Source: a virus. From it: a stretch of DNA of 40,933 bases. The position numbers were made by a program, and so were the translations under genes. Below, one piece after another: positions 25,925-33,695 of this stretch. Within the stretch, counting starts at the first letter, position 1. Every line of letters begins with the position of its first letter. The notes under the pieces were generated by a model. That model was not told where the DNA came from, did not search any database, and worked only from the letters and a program-made list of their open reading frames with translations. Where the stretch lies: the IMG/VR virus record IMGVR_UViG_3300017963_000129; one strand, given 5' to 3'.

Positions 25925-26688
25925 AATTCCCCCCTCAATCTCTCCACCACCTTGCGATATCCCCCCACCATCTCTCCCCGGATCTCCACCCCCTCCAACG
26001 CCCTGCACCCTGGCGCATATTCCCATAGCGTCTTCCCATACGCCGTGCACTCCCGCGCCTTCACATCCACCGGGATCGGCGGCCAAACCCACTTTCCATA
26101 CTGCCTGGCCAGCGTCTGGAGCTGCTCGTGGCTCTCATTCGTCTGCCGCTCCCACATGATCGGCAGGATCCCCAAAAATTGCCCCCCCATCGCCCCCTGC
26201 CGCAACGCCGCCGCGCTGGCCAGCGCGTCTCCTGCCCCCACCAGCGCCAGATGTGATAGTGAAACTGGGATTATAAACATCGTGCACGCCACCAGCGCGT
26301 TAACCTGGAGCAGATCCACACCCGGCGCCACGTCCAGGATCACCACGTCATACGTATACGGCATCTGCGCCAACGCTTCCTTCAGCGCGTACTCCCGAAA
26401 ATCCCGCCCCGCCAGGATCTGCTTCGCCTCTACCGTCCGTTTATCCCCGAGCAGGCAATCCAACCCATCCCGCCCGCTCTCGATAATACACGTGTTATCC
26501 CCCATCAACATCCGGTACAACCCGCCCCATTTCTCCAGCCCCAGGCTATCCGCCACATTCCCCTGCGCGTCCAGATCTACCACCAAGACTTGCAGCCCAG
26601 CCAACGCCAGCCCGTGCGCACACGTCACCGCCGTCGTTGTCTTCCCCACTCCCCCCTTCTGATTCACCACTGCCAATGTTTCCATCAC
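25921..26688 (-). CDS. parA: ParA/Soj-family partition ATPase
   Basis: Deviant Walker A VVNQKGGVGKTTT and VVDLDAQGN. 255 aa without an N-terminal HTH (type Ib-like). Confidence 0.9.
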   Translation of the reverse strand: MMETLAVVNQKGGVGKTTTAVTCAHGLALAGLQVLVVDLDAQGNVADSLGLEKWGGLYRMLMGDNTCIIESGRDGLDCLLGDKRTVEAKQILAGRDFREYALKEALAQMPYTYDVVILDVAPGVDLLQVNALVACTMFIIPVSLSHLALVGAGDALASAAALRQGAMGGQFLGILPIMWERQTNESHEQLQTLARQYGKWVWPPIPVDVKARECTAYGKTLWEYAPGCRALEGVEIRGEMVGGYRKVVERLRGEL

Positions 26689-26735
26689 GCACCCCCTTCC
26701 CTGTCTACTGTTTACCCTCTACCGTCTACCGTTGA

Positions 26736-26981
26736 TCAATGTGAAACCAATCGCCCGATCTGCTCCCTCACTTCCTCATCCAGCTCCAGTCCCTGAAACA
26801 CCGCTCGCGCCCCGCTGTGCAGCGCCAGCACCGGCGCCGTCTGGCTCAAAAAACCAACCATCGGGCTCCGAGGCCCCAAATGATTCTCCAACGCATTCCG
26901 AGCCAAAGCCGTCCCCACCGACAGGAATTGCAAGAACTCCCCCATCAACTCATCATCCGATTTACCATTATCGTGGTACAT
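26736..26981 (-). CDS. Hypothetical protein (81 aa), first gene of the par operon
   Basis: GGAGGG RBS 5 nt before the ATG at 26981. The longer track ORF runs into operator-like repeats. Confidence 0.5.
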   Translation of the reverse strand: MYHDNGKSDDELMGEFLQFLSVGTALARNALENHLGPRSPMVGFLSQTAPVLALHSGARAVFQGLELDEEVREQIGRLVSH

Positions 26982-27013
26982 GTTATCCCTCCATTCTAAA
27001 ATTGTACCATTTT

Positions 27014-27065
27014 GGAACTTTGGAACTTGACCCGAAAACCGTGTAAAATAAAGTTCCAAAGTTCC
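27014..27065. promoter_or_regulatory. Inverted pair of GGAACTTTGGAAC motifs upstream of the par operon
   Basis: ggaactttggaacttga at 27014-27030 and gttccaaagttcc at 27053-27065. Further copies lie at 27139-27150, 27255-27271 (17-mer identical to the first) and 27328-27346. Confidence 0.6.
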
Positions 27066-27182
27066 ATGACATAACACATAGCAGTCGCCGACATAGTAAA
27101 GAATCGCTCTCAAACCTCATATAAGTAAGTTCTACAAGCTCCAAAGTTCCATACTCCACTCCTCCAAATCTATGTAACTCTA

Positions 27183-27250
27183 CTCCCCTCCCATCGAGAG
27201 GGCTTCGCCTTCCTGACTCCCCTCCCAGCAGGAGGGGCTGGGGGAGGGGA
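27183..27250 (+). repeat. Palindromic element, copy 4 (composite)
   Basis: ctcccctcccatcgagagggcttcgccttcct ga ctcccctcccagcaggaggggctgggggagggga. Confidence 0.85.
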
Positions 27251-27355
27251 TTTCGGAACTTTGGAACTTGAATCCCCCCAAAACGTAATTTGCAAAAACA
27301 TTTTGTCAGAAGCAGAAAAACGCGATTCAAAGTTCCAGAAGTTCCGAAGTTACGC

Positions 27356-30022
27356 CTACGCATCCAACAATAGCTCCTTTTGCTCTCCCACCAACCCCAT
27401 TCCCTCCCGTAATACCTGGATAATGTGCTTCAGCGCAGCCTCATCAATCCCAAACCGCCTCCGCAGCGCGTTCATCCGCTCGTGATCGATCATCACCACA
27501 TACGCTCGCCCCGCGTCGCTGCGCCGCTCCGTGCCGAAGTGCAATTGTTTGCGTACCACCTCACCGATCTTTTTCGGCTTCACCCGCAGATTCCCCTCCG
27601 GCCCCCCCTCATCCTCCTCATCCACATCCTCATTCTCCGCATCGATCAACACATTCGTCGCTCGTGCTACCCGTTTCACCGCCAAATCTGGCGGGATCCG
27701 CTTATCCTCCAGGTCCATATAATACAATCCCACCATCGCCTCCAGCACCCGCGCCGTCAGCGACGCCCCCCGCTCCACAATCAGTTGCCGGTTGTACTCC
27801 CGGATAAACCCCCGCAGCTCTCCCTGCAACTCTGGATCATCAATCAGCGTCTGCAGCGCCACCGTCACCTGGTTCAAACGTTGCTCCACACTGACGTCCA
27901 TCTGGCTATAATCCAGCTCGATCTCCGGCTTCCATTGCTCCAGCCGGAACCGCAACAGCGCGTTGCGGATCGGCAGCACCTCATCCTCCCAAAACCTCAA
28001 CGGCATGTCGATCGGGATATCGGTCCGCAGCGTCGGACCCCCTGCCTCGTGCGTCAGACATCGCGACTCCAGCGCCCAATCCCGGAATCGCTTTCGTGTA
28101 GCCAATATCTTGCACCCATAAACCTCAAACACCTCCGTTTCAAACCCCGCGTGCTTGTCTCCGGACCGCAGCACCACGCCCTGCGTCTTCTGATACCCCG
28201 TGTTAAGAATCTTCACGATATCCGCCGCTTCGTCCGAGCTCCGGAAATCCCCCTCATCCAGCACCAGAGTGCCCCGGTATCGATCCAGCAGGCGAAAAAT
28301 GGGAGAAGTAGTAGCCGCGCCCGTCACGAATATCGGCCGGTAGCACATCGCCCCCACCACCTGGATGAACCGACTTTTGCCTGTCCCCGCATCCCCCAGC
28401 ATCCGCAGATAAGGCACCGTGTTGAAACAGTCATACAGCCAGGAGAAGAGCACGTAGTATGATGCTAAGCTCTCATAAAACTTGTCTACATCCACATACT
28501 TGTTGATCAGTCCCTGCACCGACCCCACGAGTTGCCGCAGGCTGGGCGACTCCCCTGGTAGCTCCGCGGGAAAGAGGACCACGTGCTTGGTCAAGACCGG
28601 ATTGAGCGCCGACACTGGCCGATATCGGATCCCGTGCAGATCCAGATGATCCACCACCCCGATGCGCTCATCCGGATAGCGCACCGCGAACTTGGTACGC
28701 CACCGCCCCGGTCCATGCCCGTTGCGGCTGGGCTCTGGCGGTATCACCATCATCTCAAATAGATGCTCCGAAAGATACCCGCCTGGGGTCTCGATCTGCA
28801 TCTCCGGTTCGATCTCGCTGTCCCGCGCTCCCTGGATCTCCCCCCGCTTTTCCTTATCCAGCCGGTTGAACATCCGCACCTGGATTCCCAGCCGCTTCGC
28901 CAAATTGTCTTTCATCATCGACGCGTTGAAGGTATCCAGCCGAGCTATCAATTCAAACGCCCGCTCGATTGCCCGCGGTCGGTCCACGCCATCCACCTGA
29001 CCGCACTCATCCGCCACCAGCTCCACCCACGTCGGCGATTCATCGATCAGCGCCGTCGCCTCTTCCTCTGTCCCCCCTGCCTGCAGCCAGTCATTCCAGT
29101 CGTGGATCTCATCCGCCAGCTCCGCCACTCGCACCATCGGCCCCAACGCATCCGCCAGTGTCTGCACCTTCACGCCCGCATCCAGCCCGATCACCACCGT
29201 CTCGTGCTTGCCCAGCATCCGCGCCAGGCTCTCCAGTTCCTCCGCAGCCAACCCCACGCCTGCTAACGCCACGCTGGCCAGCCCCCACTGAGCTAATGTG
29301 ATTGCGCAAGCCGGACCCTCCACCACCACCACCAGGTCCGAAAACCCCGAGTACTCATAATTCAGATATCTCTGCCGAGCCCCCACAAGCGGAACAGGCG
29401 GGTTCCAATGTTCCTTGCTCTCCGAGCTCGCGGACCGGCATAAGTAATACACCACCCGGCCGCCTCGCACACACGGATACACCAGCATCCCCCCAGGCGT
29501 CGACAGCACCGCCCTCGCCGCATCACTGCCCACATCCGCCCCGTGCAGCTCCAACGTCGTTCTCAGCGACTTCACATCCCCATCACAATACCCCAGCCCT
29601 GCCGCCCGGATCGTCTCATCCTCCCAGCCCCGGGCGCGACAATAGGCCAGCGCATCAGGCGTCTCCCGCAACCGCTGCACCCAATGCCTAGCCGCCATCG
29701 TCAGCACGTCCGTTCGCTGCCTGGTCGCCGCCACCACCGCCGTATCCTGACCCCACGTCGGAGCTGGCAGCCCCCCTCGCCCCGCCAGATACTCAACCGC
29801 CTGCCTGAAATCCATCCCGCGACGCTGGGCAAGCCACTCAATCACATCGCCGAATTCACCGGTCGAATTCCAGTGATACATCTGCCGCTGCGTATCCACC
29901 ACCAGACTATCATGCTCGACCCCTCGCAAATAGCGCCCCCGCCGCTTCGCCAGTGTCACATCTTCGTCAATGATCGTCTCAATTGAGACTGCGCCTTTGA
30001 TCTCTTCGAGGTCGAAACTCAT
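27356..30022 (-). CDS. DNA primase-helicase fusion (DnaG-like Toprim primase plus P-loop NTPase)
   Basis: The DnaG-like N-terminus aligns by eye to the CHC2 zinc-binding region but has lost the Cys ligands. Toprim-like VVVVEGPACAITLAQWG and VVIGLDAG. Walker A GDAGTGKS and Walker B TLVLDEGD. Confidence 0.8.
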   Translation of the reverse strand: MSFDLEEIKGAVSIETIIDEDVTLAKRRGRYLRGVEHDSLVVDTQRQMYHWNSTGEFGDVIEWLAQRRGMDFRQAVEYLAGRGGLPAPTWGQDTAVVAATRQRTDVLTMAARHWVQRLRETPDALAYCRARGWEDETIRAAGLGYCDGDVKSLRTTLELHGADVGSDAARAVLSTPGGMLVYPCVRGGRVVYYLCRSASSESKEHWNPPVPLVGARQRYLNYEYSGFSDLVVVVEGPACAITLAQWGLASVALAGVGLAAEELESLARMLGKHETVVIGLDAGVKVQTLADALGPMVRVAELADEIHDWNDWLQAGGTEEEATALIDESPTWVELVADECGQVDGVDRPRAIERAFELIARLDTFNASMMKDNLAKRLGIQVRMFNRLDKEKRGEIQGARDSEIEPEMQIETPGGYLSEHLFEMMVIPPEPSRNGHGPGRWRTKFAVRYPDERIGVVDHLDLHGIRYRPVSALNPVLTKHVVLFPAELPGESPSLRQLVGSVQGLINKYVDVDKFYESLASYYVLFSWLYDCFNTVPYLRMLGDAGTGKSRFIQVVGAMCYRPIFVTGAATTSPIFRLLDRYRGTLVLDEGDFRSSDEAADIVKILNTGYQKTQGVVLRSGDKHAGFETEVFEVYGCKILATRKRFRDWALESRCLTHEAGGPTLRTDIPIDMPLRFWEDEVLPIRNALLRFRLEQWKPEIELDYSQMDVSVEQRLNQVTVALQTLIDDPELQGELRGFIREYNRQLIVERGASLTARVLEAMVGLYYMDLEDKRIPPDLAVKRVARATNVLIDAENEDVDEEDEGGPEGNLRVKPKKIGEVVRKQLHFGTERRSDAGRAYVVMIDHERMNALRRRFGIDEAALKHIIQVLREGMGLVGEQKELLLDA

Positions 30023-30144
30023 AATATCTCCATTCTAAGTGCACATAACGACTTGTGATAATCCCTGTTATCAGAACTGCAACCCTCAGATCCGCACCAT
30101 CCAACCCTGCGCCACACAGCGCCCCGCCAAAGACCGTCCCGGCA

Positions 30145-30249
30145 GGGAATATTCGGAACTTTCGAGGGAATATTCGGAACTTTCGAGGGAATATTCGGAA
30201 CTTTCGAGGGAATATTCGGAACTTTCGAGGGAATATTCGGAACTTTCGG
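30145..30249. repeat. Five perfect tandem 21-bp iterons (gggaatattcggaactttcga)
   Basis: Units start at 30145, 30166, 30187, 30208 and 30229. Only the last base of unit 5 differs. Each contains the GAATATTC palindrome and a CGGAACTTT core shared with the 27.0-27.35 kb motifs. Confidence 0.95.
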
Positions 30250-30671
30250 ATTTATCTCGCTGCTGACTTCTCATCATCCTCCCCCGTCTACGTTAGACAT
30301 GGTGATCTCCTTTCTACACCCCGCATTGCCATGCTTGACCTTGCCTTTACTTCGCTTCGCTGTGTTATGCCTGGCCATGCCCTTGCGCTGCGCCGCTTGA
30401 CCCCGCATAACCTTGCCCCCGCCTCACGATGCTCTGCAACCCTACGCTTTGCCATGCCTTTGCTACGCTCTGCCGCGCGTTGCTCCGCCCCGCCCTCGCT
30501 ACACCAGGCTGTGCTCTGCTACTGCCTACTATCATCATCCGCCCCGCCGCGCCGTCTAGCTGGCGTCTTTTAGTTGCGCTCCTTCAGCATTAGTCACGCA
30601 CGCGGCAGGGAGATGATGCTTTGCTGAGCCTTTGCTTCGCGAAGCACAGCTCCGCCAGGCTGCGCCGCCGC

Positions 30672-31259
30672 CTAGAGGATCTCGTACTCAAACCGTCCCC
30701 AACCCGCGTTGCGCCACTGACCCAGACCCCGCAGCGCGCCATACTCCAGCCACTCCCGCAACAGCGCCTCATCCACGCCCCCCAGCACCAGCACCTCAAA
30801 CTCCATACTCGTGCTTGCCGGGCACATATCCGAGCGCGCCAGCGTAACCCGCTCCCCCTGCGCCGTGCTGGCTCGCAGTGGTCGCTCGTTCACCCCCATC
30901 TCGCCCGCCACCTGCAGCCCGATCTTCCGCGGGTTCACAAACACCAGCCCGTCGATCACCTTCCGGTACGCGGTCAGCTTCACCGACTGCGTGCCCTTCA
31001 CCCGCCGCAACATGCCGCACGCATCCTTGAAAAAACCCTTGATCACATAATCGTAGATCATCGGCTGGCCATCCGCCAGCTTGTGGAAACCCGTCCATCC
31101 CTTCTCCTCGATCGTCTCCACACTCGACAGCTCCTCCGCCAGCGCCTCATCCGTCAGCGCCGCCTTGCCCGCGATATACTGCCCATACACCTCCTCATCC
31201 TTGGGAACAGTCCCCAACACCGGCTCCACAAACGTCAACCTGATTCGATACTTGTCCAT
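30672..31259 (-). CDS. Hypothetical protein with a Cas6/RAMP-type glycine-rich loop
   Basis: AGGAGGGG RBS before the ATG at 31259 (MDKYRIRLTFVEPVLGT...). The C-terminus is GLGQWRNAGWGRFEYEIL, which fits GhGxxxxxGhG. IKGFFKDACG is reminiscent of RAMP motifs. Confidence 0.5.
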   Translation of the reverse strand: MDKYRIRLTFVEPVLGTVPKDEEVYGQYIAGKAALTDEALAEELSSVETIEEKGWTGFHKLADGQPMIYDYVIKGFFKDACGMLRRVKGTQSVKLTAYRKVIDGLVFVNPRKIGLQVAGEMGVNERPLRASTAQGERVTLARSDMCPASTSMEFEVLVLGGVDEALLREWLEYGALRGLGQWRNAGWGRFEYEIL

Positions 31260-32184
31260 CGTTACCCCTCCTCTGTAATAAGGTCTCAACATCCCGCCAT
31301 CCCTCATCCACAAACCCCCGCATATGCTTCAGATACCTCTGCGTTGTCTCCAGAGAGGAATGTCCCAGCAACCACGAAATCTCCATAAGCCCCCTTCCCG
31401 CCTCCACCCGCACGTGCGCCGCCGTATGCCGCAGCGTGTGCGCGTGCACCCACTCCCCCAGCCCCGCCAATCGCGCATAACGCTTCACCAACTGATTAAA
31501 CCACTCACCCGACAGCTCAGAGGCAGCGTCCCGTCCATTGTGGGCAACAAAAACGGGATCGCCAGCCTTCAATGGCCAGCGTCCCGCCGCCTCCAGATAC
31601 AGCACAATCGCCTGATACACCGGCTCCGGCATATCGTCCCAACGCGCCTTCCCCCCCTTGCCGCGCCACGCATAGCGCCGCTTGCCCTCCATCGTACACG
31701 CAATATCCCCCCAGCGCAGCCCCCGGATCTCCGCCGATCGCCGCCCCGTATACACCGCCATCAGGATCAGCGCGTAATCCCGCATACCCATCACCGTCCC
31801 ACGGTCGATCGCCCCCAACAGATCCCGCAGCTCCCCCACCTCCAGCGGCCGCGAATTCCCATAGCGCGCCACCCTGGGACGTTTCACCTGCGCCACCGGA
31901 TTATGCCTGGCCAGCGGCTCTCCCGCCGCGCTCGTATACGTCTGCGAGCAATATCGATAAAACGAACTCAGCGCCGCCAGCCGCGCCCGGATCGTCGCCT
32001 CCGAACACCCCCGCGCCCTCAACTCAGCCGCATACTCGGAGATCGTCGCCCCCCCTACTTCCCCGTAGCAGCAAGGGGCGATAAAGCTCCCAAAGTCGTC
32101 CGCCGCGAACTCATACGCCCGCCGTGTATGCTCGCTGCTCGCCGTCCCCAGCCAAAAGCGCCGCGCCCTGGTCCACTCACTCAT
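31195..32184 (-). CDS. Tyrosine recombinase (XerC/D-like), second recombinase of the element
   Basis: YTGRRSAEIRGLRWGDI (Arg), HTLRHTAAH (H-x-x-R) and LLGHSSLETTQRYL (His, Tyr). Confidence 0.85.
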   Translation of the reverse strand: MSEWTRARRFWLGTASSEHTRRAYEFAADDFGSFIAPCCYGEVGGATISEYAAELRARGCSEATIRARLAALSSFYRYCSQTYTSAAGEPLARHNPVAQVKRPRVARYGNSRPLEVGELRDLLGAIDRGTVMGMRDYALILMAVYTGRRSAEIRGLRWGDIACTMEGKRRYAWRGKGGKARWDDMPEPVYQAIVLYLEAAGRWPLKAGDPVFVAHNGRDAASELSGEWFNQLVKRYARLAGLGEWVHAHTLRHTAAHVRVEAGRGLMEISWLLGHSSLETTQRYLKHMRGFVDEGWRDVETLLQRRGNDGQVSNQVDVCGAGVGDCSQG

Positions 32185-32836
32185 TATTTACCTCTTCAAA
32201 TAATGGTAAACGTAAATTCCAAGTAGGACGAAACTCCGGATCAGCCAACCGGGTGGTACTCAACACAAGCGCACCTGGATCAACATCAAACCCTATCCAG
32301 CGCCGCCTGATTAACTCACAAGCAACTGCTGTTGTGCCTCCACCCAAAAACGGATCACATATCAAATCACTTAGACCACTAAAACAGTCGATATAATAAC
32401 GCGCCGTATCTACATCCTGCCCCCAATGATGGAACCGCTTATCCTTGCGCCCCGTATACACACCATGAACCCCCCCCACTCTAGGCTTGGGCAACACGCC
32501 ATTACTTGATTTACAACAAGCAATAATTGATTTAGCATGTGCCACCACCGATCGAGCCCACACAAACGGAACCTCCCCATTCAGCGCCAAATGCGTAAAA
32601 CGCCAAAAATACGTTAGCTCCGAAGATTTCAAAAAAGAAAAAATACGATCGATCCAAATTTCGCCAGCATAGACAAACATGAACCCGTTTGGCTTGAGAA
32701 TCCGAGATCCCTCAGAAAAAAGCCAACTATAACAACTCAGATATTCCTTCGAATAAGGTGGATCAGTAAAAACCATATCAACAGACTCGTCAGAAAGAGG
32801 TAATCTCTCAATCATCGCCTGCGCCAAACTATTCAT
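32177..32836 (-). CDS. Orphan DNA N4/N6 methyltransferase (beta class)
   Basis: Motif IV VFTDPPY precedes motif I DPFLGGGTTAVA. The start at 32836 is coupled to the upstream stop. Confidence 0.85.
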   Translation of the reverse strand: MNSLAQAMIERLPLSDESVDMVFTDPPYSKEYLSCYSWLFSEGSRILKPNGFMFVYAGEIWIDRIFSFLKSSELTYFWRFTHLALNGEVPFVWARSVVAHAKSIIACCKSSNGVLPKPRVGGVHGVYTGRKDKRFHHWGQDVDTARYYIDCFSGLSDLICDPFLGGGTTAVACELIRRRWIGFDVDPGALVLSTTRLADPEFRPTWNLRLPLFEEVNNE

Positions 32837-33110
32837 CCTCTTTCCACTCCCCCTGCCGCGCATCCCGCGCCTTCCTCTCGATGCGCGCCAGACCCTTCCA
32901 CAGATGCTGCTGCCGTTCCATCATCAGCGCCAGATTCCTGAGCATCACCGCGTCGTGCTGCAACTCCGCACGCCTGACCGCATCCAGCCACGGCTCCAAA
33001 ATGTCGATCTCCCACAGCGTCAGCAAAATCGCCTGGATTTCCTCCAGGTTCCAGATAACCTTATTCGCCAGGCGTTTCGTAGCGATCCTCTGTGTTTCGT
33101 CGTCGCTCAC
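32829..33110 (-). CDS. Hypothetical protein
   Basis: 93-aa helical ORF. Confidence 0.5.
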   Translation of the reverse strand: MSDDETQRIATKRLANKVIWNLEEIQAILLTLWEIDILEPWLDAVRRAELQHDAVMLRNLALMMERQQHLWKGLARIERKARDARQGEWKEDE

Positions 33111-33417
33111 CGTACCCCCCCCTGATGGTCAGCATCAACTCTTGCCACTCCATCCGCTCCAGATAAATCGAGCGCCCGATAATGCCAATCGCCGACAGTC
33201 CGATGACGGCCGCCCCCGGCCACCAGAACTCGAAAGGCACAATCAACAACATCAGCGCCAGATCCACTCCAATTCCGATCACGACTGTGATCCACGTCCG
33301 TTTATCCACCAACCAACGCAGAAATTCGAACTTTTCGAGAGCCAACGCATAGGCGATGCCCCACATCAGGGCCAGGAACAGAGCCAAAAGTACCATAAAA
33401 ACACTCGAAAACATCAC
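33061..33417 (-). CDS. Integral membrane protein
   Basis: 118 aa with three to four hydrophobic helices. Confidence 0.6.
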   Translation of the reverse strand: MMFSSVFMVLLALFLALMWGIAYALALEKFEFLRWLVDKRTWITVVIGIGVDLALMLLIVPFEFWWPGAAVIGLSAIGIIGRSIYLERMEWQELMLTIRGGYGERRRNTEDRYETPGE

Positions 33418-33524
33418 ACATCGCTCCTTCTATGCTATTATTAAAGACAGCTGCAGAACTGCGCACGACTCCGCGGTCGTGACAAAGCGGTTTTGTGGCT
33501 TCCCCTATGCAATTTTACGTCAAT

Positions 33525-33639
33525 TGGGACGGTCAGGAGTCGAACCTGATCAGGGGCCATCACCCTGTAGCCGGAGCCCCACGCGCCCACCCTGCTCGCT
33601 ACAATTCACGGCCGCCTACCGCGGCGGCTTCCCCGTCCC
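33525..33639 (-). ncRNA. tRNA-like structured element (115 nt, non-canonical)
   Basis: Minus strand: GGGACGG...TCAGG TTCGACT CCTGA CCGTCCC A. It has a perfect 7-bp acceptor-type helix, a canonical T arm and a GCCGCC/GGCGGC stem with a GCGGTA loop. No 7-nt anticodon loop is present. The middle forms a long hairpin (TGTAGCGAGC...GCTCCGGCTACA). Confidence 0.4.
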
Positions 33640-33695
33640 ACATCGGCCGTCTTCCTCCGCCAAGAAAAACGGCCTAACCAAACACCCGGAGCGCA

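Noticed and set aside
26983-27363. Minus-strand 126-aa ORF across the 27.0-27.36 kb gap.
   Set aside because: It spans the palindromic element and the operator-like GGAAC motifs. It has no RBS and its composition looks non-coding.
30145-30249. The 21-bp x 5 repeat as a CRISPR array.
   Set aside because: The units are directly contiguous with no spacers. The unit is shorter than typical CRISPR repeats. No cas operon is present.
30055-30573. Plus-strand ORF encoding NIRNFRG repeats.
   Set aside because: It is simply the translation of the iteron array and the adjacent non-coding region. It has no RBS and is on the wrong strand for the operon.
30407-30583. 58-aa minus-strand ORF (MMIVGSSRAQPG...) in the non-coding region.
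   Set aside because: It has an Arg/Gly/Ala/Gln-rich composition like random GC-rich sequence and a weak RBS. It overlaps the short-repeat array.
33525-33639. Selenocysteine tRNA.
   Set aside because: The 6-bp D-type stem and TTCGACT T loop recall selC. However, the acceptor helix is 7 bp rather than 8, there is no UCA anticodon loop, and the length (115 nt) is excessive.
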